From assembly GCA_002269645.1 (NCBI GenBank), contig NIVC01003811.1, positions 11,866-75,865 of the forward strand: a DNA stretch of 64,000 bases. The letters are read 5' to 3'. Position 1 is the first letter of the stretch. Each line of letters opens with the position of its first letter. A program made the position numbers and the translations under genes. Under the pieces are notes generated by a model that saw nothing but the letters and a program-made list of their open reading frames with translations, was not told where the DNA came from and ran no database searches. Of this stretch, positions 31,636 to 42,570 are shown one piece after another. The DNA comes from Macrostomum lignano (taxonomy: Eukaryota).

Positions 31636-32134
31636 ACCGAGCACCTGCCTGCCTGTGCCACGCCTGAGGTTTGGTCCGCAAGGCTGCGAGAGCCTGTGCC
31701 ACGCCTGAGGTTCGGTCCGCAAGGCTGTGAGAGCCTGTGCCACGTCAGGCCCAGGGGTCCTGATCGTCACCGGTCGTCGCTGGTCATCCGCGGGTCGTCG
31801 CTGGTCGTCGCCCTGAGCAACGCGCGCTGTCAACTGCGTTGAGCTCGAGCTTACGCTCTGCCAAGATAGCTCCGCTGCGTGTGCCAAGCCACGCCAGGTT
31901 ACGCTGTGCGCTGATTGTTTGTAGGGACTATTGCCTGACAGTTAGTCTGGGTGGTTTGCGTGATGGGACTTTCCCCTATTATAGGCTTTTTGTGGTTTGC
32001 CCCTGTCAGGCACGTATTTTTGTTAGTAGGACGCAATCTCTCTCATCTCTCTCGCGTCATCAACCTCAATTCGTTTTCTCTGGAGCCTTATTTTCGTTCA
32101 CGCTTGGTTCATTCATCTCGCTCAATCTTGCACA

Positions 32135-35100
32135 ATGTCCGACAACGGGGACAACCATGCCGCAGCGTCATTGGCTGACGGGGATGCCGTCGTGCCAGAT
32201 CAGGACGCAGTCGATGCCGGTGAGCAGCCAGCAGGTGCAGCTGCTGCCGCCGCGCCAGCTCCTAGTGAGCAACTCTTGTTGACTTAAACCTTAGCCTCTC
32301 TTCACCGGATGCTCGAAGAGCGTCTCGCCGTTTCCTCGCCGTCAGCGCCAAATTCCTCGCCGCCTGCGAAGCCAGACATACGCCTTCGCCCTCCAATCGC
32401 TTATCAGCCGCAGATGAACTTTGATACGTGGGAAGCTCAGCTTACTTCGTATCTAGCCACTTGCCGCGTTCCTGAGGACCAGAAGTCCGCCATTCTCGTA
32501 TCTTGGCTGTCAGCCGAATGCCAAGAGGTATATCTTAATTACCGGTGTGACCAGTTGCCTTTCGAATCTGCGCTTCGGTTGCTCAGGGAAAGGTACACCG
32601 ATGCCAAGAAGAAGGACAAGGCCTACGTAGAATTAGTTGCTGCCGCCCAATCTCATAATGAGCAAATGTCTGACTTCTTTGACAGACTGGTCTCCTATTC
32701 TAGACTAGCGGGTCTCTCGCTCGCTGAAGCGAAGCCCCTACTCAAGGCCAGATTCTGCCATGGGCTGAGGGATAAGGACCTCGCCGAAAAGCTCCTCTTA
32801 TGGGATCAGGAAACCGACAGTGCCACCTCTGCAGAAGAGCTGATGCAGAAGGACAAAGATCTTGTCGGGGTCCGCCAGCTTCTGAATGTGCCTTCTACTA
32901 TAGCCAAGGTTCGTGCCATAGAACCTGACGCTGAGAAGAAAGCGTTAGAACAGAGGGTCGCCGAGCTTGAGAAGATGGTGACCAACCAAGCCAATAGATT
33001 AAGCCAGACCACTCCGCCTGTCACCACCAATCAGGGGCCCACTCGCACAGAGCCCACTGGGGGCCCACCACAAGTTAGCCAAACCTATAGACAGCCTAGG
33101 CCAGCTCCTCGCCCTTCGCGGGCTTGCCATCGATGCGGCCAGACCGATCACCTGATCGCTGACTGCCCATCGCCCTCGCCGAGACCACAGTCGCCAAAGC
33201 AGCCCCGGGGGAGCCAAAATCAGCAGCCCAGCCGTGGAAAAGTCACGACTGAACTAGGAACCATTGCCACATGGTCTCAGAATTACGGGTTCATCCAATC
33301 TGAGCACCTGCCAGAGAAATTGTTTGTCCACATTAGCCAACTGTCTCCCAGCCTGCGTAGCCTAGTCGAGCAGCACCGCCTTAGGGGGACTAGGGTGAAA
33401 TTCCAGCGCCAGGTGGACCCCGGGCGCCAGCACGACAAGGCCTGCAATGTGCAACCTCAGCCAGGGGACAGTGATCCACAATGCAGACAAGGGGGGTACA
33501 CGGCTGACACCTTTGAGTCTAGCTATTTCGTGCAGCTAGGAGTAGGAGACTCTAAGGTTCTGGCCTGCCTAGACTCAGGCGCCAATGCCAGCATCATGGG
33601 TGCTGACGTGAAAGCCAAACTGGTCGCAGCTGACCCCGTCAACAACATATTCACGCCTAGTGCCAATAAGCAGCGTGCCACCGCCTTCGGCGGCTCTCAG
33701 GTAGACATTCTAGGATCGTTACGCTGCGAAATCAACTTAGGTAATACGACTAAACAGCATGTATTCCTAGTCACTGCTTACTGTACCACAGAAGCCCTGC
33801 TGGGCATGGATTTCCTGCGCAGCTTCGAGATGCTGCTAGACTTCAACTCTGGCCGAGCTTTAGTAGCAGGAGTGTCAGTACCAGTCATTGAGGGGGACAA
33901 GGGAATTTTCCAACTCCGACGTGTGATGGCCGCCGGCACCGTAGAATTGCCCCCGCACTCGGAAACCCTGATTCCCAGTCGTGTCCTCGACTCTTCGCCG
34001 TACACCTCCGGTATAGTCATGTCCCGGATCCTCGGACCAGAGACCGAACAGTTGGTAGCTAAGACTCTAACCTCAGTTAGCGATACTAACCACATACTAG
34101 TGCGCGTGCTCAACAGTGGGGAGCAGCCCATTCACATAACTAGGGGGCAAGAAATTGCCTCATTCCAGGAATTAGATAGTCATGAGGTCATAGCTCAGAC
34201 GACCCTGAAGGAGTCTGACTTTAGTCTGGACAATGTAGCTAACCTCACAAGCCAACTCAGTAAACTGCCGCCGCCTAGTAGGGAGTTAGCCAAATGGCTG
34301 ACAACGCAGTTCCAACTCGACCAAGCCAAATTGTCTAGGGGCCAACTCGCCACCGTATTGAAACTGCTCAACTACTTCAATAGCCAAATTTCTAGATCAA
34401 ACGCAGATTTAGGCCATACCACATTACACGAGATGGGCATAGAATTAATAGATCCCAAGGCCAAGCCTGTTGCGCAACCATACAGGCGCACTACGCCAGC
34501 CCAAAAGGATTTCCTAGATCAGAACATAGCGCAGATGCTCGAACAAGGGGTCATCGAGGAATGCGACTCCGACTGGGTGTCACCTATCGTTCTAGTCAAG
34601 AAGAAGGACGGCACTCAACGCTTGTGTATAGACTATAGGGCCGTCAATAAGCTCATCAAGCCGTGTAGCTTCCCCCTGCCACTCATCGAAGAATCTTTTG
34701 ACAGCCTTGCTGGGGCCACTGTATTCTCTAGTCTAGATCTGACCTCTGCGTACTGGCAGGTAGGGATTCAAGAGGAGGCTAGGGACTACACCGCCTTTGC
34801 CTGCCCCCAGGGCACTTTCCGCTGGAAGGTAGTATCATTTGGGATCAAGACAGCGCCTGCCAATTTCGCGAAACTAATGCACAAAGTGTTTAGGCCTCTC
34901 CTGATGAAGGTCAGCCTCATCTATCTAGATGACATCATCATTAAGGCTGTCAACAATGACCAAATGATCGCGCATCTCGCGCTGGTCCTCTGGCAGCTTA
35001 GGAAAGCCGGTCTCAAAATTAAGCCGTCTAAGTGTGAGTTGTTCAAGGACAAGGTTGCCTTCCTGGGGTTCGTTGTGTCTAGCCGGGGCATTGAGGCTGA

Positions 35101-36229
35101 CCCAGCGAAAACCCAGGCTGTCCAAGAGTGGCCTAAACCGCTTTCTAAGAAACAGCTCTTATCCATCTTGGGATTCGCGAATTACTACCGAAAATTCGTG
35201 CCGCGATTCTCAATCATCGCCACGCCTTTGTATGCCTTAGCCAAAAAGGATGCTCCGTTTCTATGGCAACCGCATCATGAACGGGCTTTCCAAGAACTCA
35301 AACATAGCCTCTGTTCACCACCGATTCTGGCGTATCCAGACCTCTCTGCCAAGGGGCGCGAATTTATTTTGGACTGCGATAGCTCGCTTGACGGCACTGG
35401 GGGTGTGCTGTACCAGCTCGGGCCAGATGGCCAAGAGCAAGTCATAGCTTACGCATCCAAAAAATTCAACAGTAGCCAGAGAAACTACTGCGCCACCATG
35501 AGGGAGTTGCTACGGCTCGTTCTGATGCTCGAGCATTTCCGTCCTTATCTATTAGACAAGCCTTTCACTGTCCGGGTGGACGCGGCCGCGCTCAAATGGC
35601 TGCATTCTAAGAAGCATGCCACTGGTATGCTGGCCCAATGGCTTGCCACCATTGAACTGTACCCGCTGAAGGTCCAGCAGTCCACTCTAGAACGAATAGC
35701 CGAATACGATTTCACAGTCCAGTACCGTCCAGGCGTTGACCACGTGCCCGCTGACGCTCTTAGTAGACTGCCAAAATTCAGAGCCGATCACTTCGACTGC
35801 CCGACGTGCAGCCAGATTCCAGAATTTAAGGGGAAATTCCTGGTCCAAGACCCAAAGCACCGGCGCACACCCCCCTCTAGGGAACTGCGTCAGGTGTGCG
35901 TCCAGACCATAGGCATTAGCGTAGCGTGTCAGACTGACACAGATGCCCCGGCTGAACCAACGCCGAATGTTCGTGCTACTGCTAGCGGTGCTGTTCCTAG
36001 TCCAGAGACTGAATCCCGTGAACCTGAAACCGAATCCCAAGTGCCACCTGAGCTCATCTGGGCCCAGAATGCCCAGGACTCCTGTGTTGACATGGCGCGC
36101 CTAATCGCCAGTGTCCAGGGTAAGGCTGAGCCATTGTCCAAGGCCGAACTGCAGGGTTGTAGTCGGGAAATGCGTGCACTCTGGGCTCAATTCAAGGACC
36201 TTGAAGTAGTCGAGGGCTATTGTACTTAG
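32135..36229 (+). CDS. gag-pol: Gag-Pol of element 2: capsid, CCHC knuckle, cold-shock domain, protease, RT, RNase H (disrupted)
   Basis: ATG 32135 is in frame with ORF 32309-36229 but separated from it by TAA at 32285. Motifs: CHRCGQTDHLIADC, CLDSGA, LLGMDFL, RLCIDYRAVN, YLDD, FILDCDSS, NYCATMRELL, ADALSR. Confidence 0.93.
33251..33454 (+). other. Cold-shock domain (OB-fold) inside Gag-Pol
   Basis: ELGTIATWSQNYGFIQSEHLPEKLFVHISQL...GTRVKFQRQVDPGRQHDKACNV has RNP1-like YGFI, RNP2-like LFVH and the G..V.F...A.NV C-terminal pattern. Confidence 0.8.
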
Positions 36230-37899
36230 CCAAATCTTCCAAAGCCAAGACTGCCAACAGGCGCCTGGTGGTGCCTGAGACCGCAGACGTCAGTCATCTG
36301 GTCCTTCAGTATCATGGCCAGTTGAACCATTGCGGTATCACCAAGACGATGGCCGCCCTGAAGGCGCGCTTCGTTATTTCCGACTTAGATACTATAGTCA
36401 AGGGGGTCCTGGCCGAATGCACCGTTTGCGCTAAGACTAAGAAGTCAAAGCGTAAGCTCAAGGCCCCTATGCAACCAGAACTGTCCGGTTACCCGAACCA
36501 GGTTGTCCACGTGGACCACGCAGGCCCATTCGAAGAGTGTGAGGGGTACAAGTACCTGCTGGTTATGATTGACAGGTTCACCGGGTTTATCGAAGTAGTT
36601 CCTGTTTCCGACGTCAGCGCGGAGACCACTGCCACAACCATCCTGACTGAATGGGTTGTCAGGTATGGGGTGATGGAGCAGTTGGTGTCTGATAACGGAA
36701 CTGCCTTCATCAATAGTACCATGATAGAATTAACTAGGCTCCTACAGATTGACATGGGTCGGATCACAGCCCGTCGCCCTCAGGCTAACGGTAAAGCTGA
36801 GAGGATGATCCAGACGGTGAAAACCCAGATTAGAGCCATCTGTCTTGAGAGACAATGCGACTGGCCCCTTGCCAGCCGCCTGGCCGCCATGTCAATCCGT
36901 GCCACAGTCGCCGAATCCACCGGATTTACTCCAGCCAAACTTTTCTTCGGGCGTGAGTTCGAACTGCCGCTCGACCTCTGTCACAATCCACCGCCAAATG
37001 AGCACTACCAGCCGGAAAAGTACGCCCACCAGTTGCACCGCACGCTAGTCGAAGCCTCTGCCCTAGCCCGCCGCACTAGGGGTAAAGCCCAGGAAAGGCA
37101 GAAAAGGTATTACGACCGCCGCGCCCTCCGCGCTGAGTTCCACGAGGGAGAATTAGTCTGGGTCTTGAACCCGAATCACAAGGGCATAGAACCCGCTGTG
37201 TGGTTGGGGCCATACCGAGTAGTGCAGCGCTGCTCCGAGCGGACTTACCGTTTAGTCCCCGAGTGTGGTCTCCTAAACCCAGCAGATCGGGTGCCAAATC
37301 CGCGCCATAACATTTACAACATTGACCGTCTCAAACCGTGTATTAGACAGCCCACTTACCAAGACGTAGTTGACCGGTATGGTGAGGCCACCCATGCCAG
37401 GTCTCCAGCGCCTAGTGTGAACCCGCCCAGCGGACCCACGAGCGAGCTTAGCCTCGTCACCATTCCCCAGCCTCCCTCTGCCCGGCCAGAGAGCCCACGC
37501 AGAGCACCAGGGCCAAATCCACCACCGCCAGCTTCAGGCGCCTTTGAGGAGGGGGCGGGAGCTGCAGCTGGAGAAGGCCAACCATTCGCCGAAGCTGGCG
37601 ATGCTGTAGCCATTGAGGGACAGCCACAGCCAGACACTGACACTGACAGCACAGACACTGACACCAGCCATAGCCAAGACAGCTCAGAATCGCTGTACAC
37701 GGCTTCCTTGGGGGACCCTTCCTCCGAGCAATTAGAACCACCTGAGATTGCTGCGAATCCAGTCGCTGCGCAAGCAGCTGAGCCACCAGCCCCGGCTGAC
37801 GTACCCAGATCCAGGTACGGACGCCCCATCCGCCCGCCTGTCAGGTACCGGACCTGTCAAGTGTCCGACCTGCTCCAGCAGTGGGGAAGCAGACACTAA
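36220..37899 (+). CDS. pol: Integrase portion of Pol (out of frame by a 1-nt deletion near 36217)
   Basis: HGQLNH...CTVC zinc-binding motif; VHVDHAGP, SDNGT and NGKAERM (DDE); WLGPY; acidic/Pro-rich tail; no chromodomain. Restoring one G gives ...EGVLYLAKS. Confidence 0.95.
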   Translation: MYLAKSSKAKTANRRLVVPETADVSHLVLQYHGQLNHCGITKTMAALKARFVISDLDTIVKGVLAECTVCAKTKKSKRKLKAPMQPELSGYPNQVVHVDHAGPFEECEGYKYLLVMIDRFTGFIEVVPVSDVSAETTATTILTEWVVRYGVMEQLVSDNGTAFINSTMIELTRLLQIDMGRITARRPQANGKAERMIQTVKTQIRAICLERQCDWPLASRLAAMSIRATVAESTGFTPAKLFFGREFELPLDLCHNPPPNEHYQPEKYAHQLHRTLVEASALARRTRGKAQERQKRYYDRRALRAEFHEGELVWVLNPNHKGIEPAVWLGPYRVVQRCSERTYRLVPECGLLNPADRVPNPRHNIYNIDRLKPCIRQPTYQDVVDRYGEATHARSPAPSVNPPSGPTSELSLVTIPQPPSARPESPRRAPGPNPPPPASGAFEEGAGAAAGEGQPFAEAGDAVAIEGQPQPDTDTDSTDTDTSHSQDSSESLYTASLGDPSSEQLEPPEIAANPVAAQAAEPPAPADVPRSRYGRPIRPPVRYRTCQVSDLLQQWGSRH

Positions 37900-37915
37900 C
37901 CGCCAGTTTTTCACG

Positions 37916-38052
37916 CCCCGGGCAAGGCGTAAAACTACCTCCTATGGCACCTGCCGGCCACAGGTCACTGCGGCGCCTGTAGACCGCAAGCTCAGTCCCC
38001 GGGCAAGGCGTAAAACTACCTCCTGTGGCACCTGCCGGCCACAGGTCCCTGC
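37916..38052 (+). repeat. 81-bp-period direct repeat after the pol stop
   Basis: CCCCGGGCAAGGCGTAAAACTACCTCCT.TGGCACCTGCCGGCCACAGGTC at 37916 and 37997. Confidence 0.9.
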
Positions 38053-38744
38053 GGCATCTGCCAGCCACAGACTAGTAAACTAAAAAATTAATGCATAAAT
38101 ATGGCATAAAATAATGCATATATTGGTCGAAATATGATTATGAGATGAATATTATAAGTATAATAGTTGTCAAAAATATATTGCAGTAGTTCTCCGCCTG
38201 CATCGTCATTGCCATAGTCTATAAGGTACACAAGGGCGCGTATGCCCCTGTAAGCCTAATATGACGACAATATGAATATTATTTAAATAGTAAGAGCAAG
38301 GATAGTATAAACATTATAGCAATGGCAAAAATAATTAAAATAATTGATAGCTTAGAATAATCCTATTGCATCCGTTCGGTATTACCAAAGTCTATGAAAT
38401 GAATAAGTGCGTCATCTCTGACGTCAGCACCCTAAAACCATGTAATGTGCAATAGACGGTTGGTAATTAAAGCATAACAACTGGCGACTAGTAAAACTCA
38501 TAATAACTCAAAAAGAAAATAAAAACTGAAAAAACAACCATTGAAAACTCGAAAAAAATGCATATATAGGAATATAGCTAGCTTAGTTCGCTGCTCAGCC
38601 CATTGACGAGTGCAGCATCGCTTTCGCTGTTGCGAAAATGAGCTGTAGCTCGTCACCAAATTTCGCAAATTTCATAATTTAGCTATTAGATAATATTTGT
38701 GGGGTAAAAGTAAGCACTACACACACACACCGCACGCACGCTCT

Positions 38745-39150
38745 CTCTGCCTCTGGCGCGTAGCGCCATCCTCTGCCTTTGGCGCGTGGCGCCGTTCTCT
38801 GTCTGGCGCGTGGCGCCGTTTCCCGCCTTGGCGCGCTGCGCCGTTCTCCGCCTGGCGCGTTGCGCCGTCTTCTGCCTTGGGCGCTCCTGCGCCGTTCTTT
38901 GCCTTGGCGCGTTGCGCCGTTCTCCGCCTGGCGCGCCGCGCCGTTCTCCTGCCTTGGCGCGCTGCGCCGTCTCCCGCCTTGGCGCGCTGCGCCGTTCTCC
39001 GCCTGGCGCGCCGCGCCGTTCTCCTGCCTTGGCGCGCTGCGCCGTCTCCCGCCTTGGCGCGCTGCGCCGTCTCTGCCCTGGCGCGCTGCGCCGTGTCTCC
39101 GCCTTGGGCAATCCTGCGCCGGTTTTCTTCCGCCTTGGCGCGCCGCGCCG
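38745..39150. repeat. GC-rich about 20-24-bp tandem repeats in the element 2 3' non-coding region
   Basis: Units such as CCTTGGCGCGCTGCGCCGTCTCCCG and CCTGGCGCGCCGCGCCGTTCTCC. Confidence 0.85.
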
Positions 39151-39628
39151 TGTCCCGCCGCCCCTGACGCTTGTCGTCGTTTGCCCGCAGTTGTCCGGAC
39201 TGTGTCTCTGTTTCGTGCCCCTGCTCTGCATCCTTTGCCTTATCCATCTTGTCATCCTTGCTCTGTGTTTGCCTCATCCATCGTATCACTTCTGCGCGTC
39301 CTTTGTCGTTTTTATGTTCGCGCGCGCCGCGCGCTCCGCCGTGCACTACTTTCCGTAACCACTGTCATATTTTTGTTCTGTATTTGTAACACCACCATGT
39401 TGTATTGCTCGTGCTCACCGCGTTCTACTGCCCTGTAATGTTCTGCTCCCGTAATGGTCTGTAGCCTTGGGAACTTTGTAATTTTGTCCGGTAATCATAT
39501 ACTCCTACATACTACTCAAGCTCCCTGTAATTCGCTCTGCTATAATTTCATACGCTGCGGTCACGTTGTGTTTCTCTTGCCGTCACCCCGCGTGTTGGTT
39601 TTCTTTTTGCGCGACCCTATCCTTTTTC

Positions 39629-39642
39629 GGAAGGGAGGCGGG
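39629..39642 (+). promoter_or_regulatory. Polypurine tract of element 2
   Basis: GGAAGGGAGGCGGG immediately before the 3' LTR. Confidence 0.85.
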
Positions 39643-40471
39643 TGTGACGTTGTCAGTTTAAGGTGGTCCCGAAAAAGGCCGTTGGACTGCTGTTTCTCCA
39701 TAGTTTCAACCCTTCAGTTCACCGTTTCAACTAAACTTTTCCATTTGTTTATTGCGACGTTTACTTGTAGTAGTGCCCAACGATTTTGTGTCAATTTCTA
39801 ATTCACTGTATATTTTGCTATCCTCTCTCGCGACCGTATAAAATTGGCACGATCGATAATTTTAAGTTCTCTCGCCAGCCGATGAAAATCACTCGTGCTT
39901 ACGCTACCCCCCCCCTTTTGCGCTTCTTTATTAACCCTCGCCTGGCGGGCTGGGGGGTTTCACTCGTCCCTGTTCTTGTGTTCTGTGTTCTCTCTCCTTA
40001 GGCTTGTCCTCCGTCCCGTCTGGCTTGCCTAGCCTTGTCTAGCCTTGTTTTCCTTCTCTCTGTCTGGCTGCCTCGAGCCTCCTTACCTCACGCCACGGTT
40101 GACGCCAACCTCGCCACTGCTCATCTGCCTGCCTACTGCGTCTCACTGCCTTCACTGTGCTCATTGCCATTGCTCATCACGTTACATCGCCATTGCACCG
40201 TCGTCTGTCACCTGACTATCCAATTTATCTTCAAAGAAACCATTGTTGCAGCCGCCAGTGCCCAGAAAGCTATAGTTTGTTTATTGACATAAATTCTAAC
40301 CAAGCCTAATATTGATACTACCAATAAAACCAACTACGGCAGTCCCTGCCTTTATCGCCAAGTGCTCCGCTACAAATCCGCTTTACAAGAATTGACTTCA
40401 ACTTATTTTGGGACTAAAACGGCCCTTTTAAGGGTCATCGCATAGCTAGCCGCTACGTCAATAACGTGACA
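39643..40471 (+). repeat. 3' LTR of element 2 (829 bp)
   Basis: Direct repeat of 30567-31392. Confidence 0.95.
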
Positions 40472-40723
40472 CTAGGATGATGAAACTTATTAACGCGCAA
40501 CTATTAGCATATAAAATAAAGTAGAGTAACATGTTGTGCACGCTATATTAAAATAATGGTAGTCTTCATCCTGCAGAATGAAATGCTTTGGGTAATATAT
40601 TTTGTTAATGATATATTCTCCAGTGTATTTTCACGGAAATCAGCCTCCAAAACAATTACAGGATCTCTGAATTTGACTGTTTTTATTTAATGTATTGATT
40701 GTATTCACAGATCAATGTATCGT

Positions 40724-41031
40724 GGGTTGCTTTCACAAGCTCGAAATTTCACATCGAAACCAGTTATTTTCATAAACTCGAAATTTCACAACCTCGAAAA
40801 CCATTTTACGTCGTAGCAACCACTTTCACAAACCCGAAACTTCATAAGCTCAAAGTTTCATATCCTCGAAAATTTTAGCAGGCGACTTCATAAGCTCGAA
40901 AGCTAGTGTAAAAAATACAAATACGGTACATTTTCGAGGTTGTGAAAGTTCGAGCTGGTGAAATTTTGAGCTTATGAAGTCACTTGCTAAAGTTTTCGAG
41001 GATGTGAAATTTCAAGCTTGTGAAGCGACCC
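40724..41031. mobile_element. MITE-like palindromic element
   Basis: GGGTTGCTTTCACAAGCTCGAAATTTCACATC is inverted as GATGTGAAATTTCAAGCTTGTGAAGCGACCC; internal CTCGAAA/TTTCGAG motifs in both orientations. Confidence 0.7.
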
Positions 41032-41086
41032 CTTTATCTGTATCGAAGGTACGCATGTATGTATTAGCGTCCTGATATAATTCTGC

Positions 41087-41269
41087 TCTGGGGCGTAGCC
41101 AAATGGGGACACGAACACTTGCCACTTGGGACATGCCCCCCCCCTGGAAGGGGGATTTTTTCATTGCCTTTTGTTTTTAGCTTCCATCGGTAACATTGCA
41201 GTTGAATTCATGTCTCTGTCCTATCGGCTGCCCCCTGACGACTGACGTGAATCCTGGCTACGCGCCTGA
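41087..41269. mobile_element. Small MITE with 15-bp TIRs
   Basis: TCTGGGGCGTAGCCA ... TGGCTACGCGCCTGA (13/15 complementary). Confidence 0.6.
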
Positions 41270-42329
41270 TCTGCTGGTCATCGAAATTTTTCTGAAAGAT
41301 TTTCCCTCAAAGTTCCTTGCATATGGTACACTGCATTGCATTCTGCATCAAAGGTTTGTAAATTATTTATAAATTTGCAAAGGTCTGAGTCTGCAAAAAG
41401 TAGTTATACTTTAATTATTTTCATTTGTTATCGTTGTTACAGTTCTGTTTTGCCTTTTTGCCCCCAATACCTACAGAAAGATGAATTTTACGGTTGCTAT
41501 AACAACAAAAAATAAACAATAAAAGCAAAAATTGAATTGCTAATTTTACGCCACGTTACAGCATGTATTATTTTATTCGAAAGGAATTAGGAAAATACAA
41601 AAATAAGAGCAATGAAAATGTTTTATTTTGTTAAACTAAACGGGACGAGCTCTTTTTTCAATAGTCTGCCGTCGAAGCATTGGTCAGCTGCCATTGGATG
41701 AGGAGATGCGAACTCACTTGTCCTCTAAGTGCACGGAGTCTCTTTCCCCCACTTTCCGTAAACAACAGTAATGTGTGGCAGTCGGATTGCCACTTTGGTA
41801 TAGGAATTATTTTCGTTCAATTTACTATTTTTGGAATTTAATCATGTGCCCCAACACCCGGAATTTTTGCGTAATTTTGTCAACGGTTGATATTTCGTCA
41901 TTTTTTTCACAGGTTGTCCTCTCGTTCCCAATTTTGTTCCTCCCATCTGTCCCACCTTTGAAGCAATGTTTCCCCACTCTTGTTGTTTTTCTTTCCGGTT
42001 TATTTTCTGCGTTACCGCCTTTGCCCAACCGTGTGCCCACCCTTTTGCCCAACCCGCTGCCCAGCTGCCAGTCCAACTTTCGCATCTGTTATTGTTTGTT
42101 TTTGCTATCTATTTATTTGCATGTTTTTCAAGCGCTACTGCAATTGGTTTTTCGAACGAACGAACGCACGCTCGCTCGCGCTCTCTCTCTCTCACACCTA
42201 GGGGGCGACCGGGACGGCCAAAGTCGGGCCCGGGTCGGGCCCGGGAATGAGGACTCGGGCCCGGGTCGGGCCTCGGGAATTCGGGACAAGATCTTTAGGA
42301 CAGCTCAATAATTGGAAAAAAATCATAAT

Positions 42330-42570
42330 AAATCTTAATACTTTTAGCATATGCGGATTACTATTAAATATATAATAAATATATCAATATATTAAATTTA
42401 ATATAATATATTAAATGTATAATAAATATATGATAAACATTAAATATATTATAATATATAAATATATTAAATATATAATAATATATAGATATAATAAATA
42501 TAATATACTATATTAAATATAATAAATATTTAAATTTAAATATAATAAATATACAATAAATATTATTATT
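42330..42570. repeat. AT-rich low-complexity tract
   Basis: Degenerate (ATATAATAA)n-type sequence. Confidence 0.85.

Larger units (their letters stand above)
30567..40471 (+). mobile_element. Full-length Ty3/Gypsy LTR retrotransposon (element 2), 9,905 bp
   Basis: LTRs TGTGACGTT...AACGTGACA; TSD CTAG (30563-30566 and 40472-40475); PBS, PPT, and PR-RT-RH-IN domain order. Confidence 0.97.

Noticed and set aside
30567-40471. Element 2 as the autonomous helper of element 1
   Set aside because: Different LTR termini, LTR sequence and primer tRNA (Gln versus Leu), and this copy is itself disrupted; only the 4-bp TSD length is shared.
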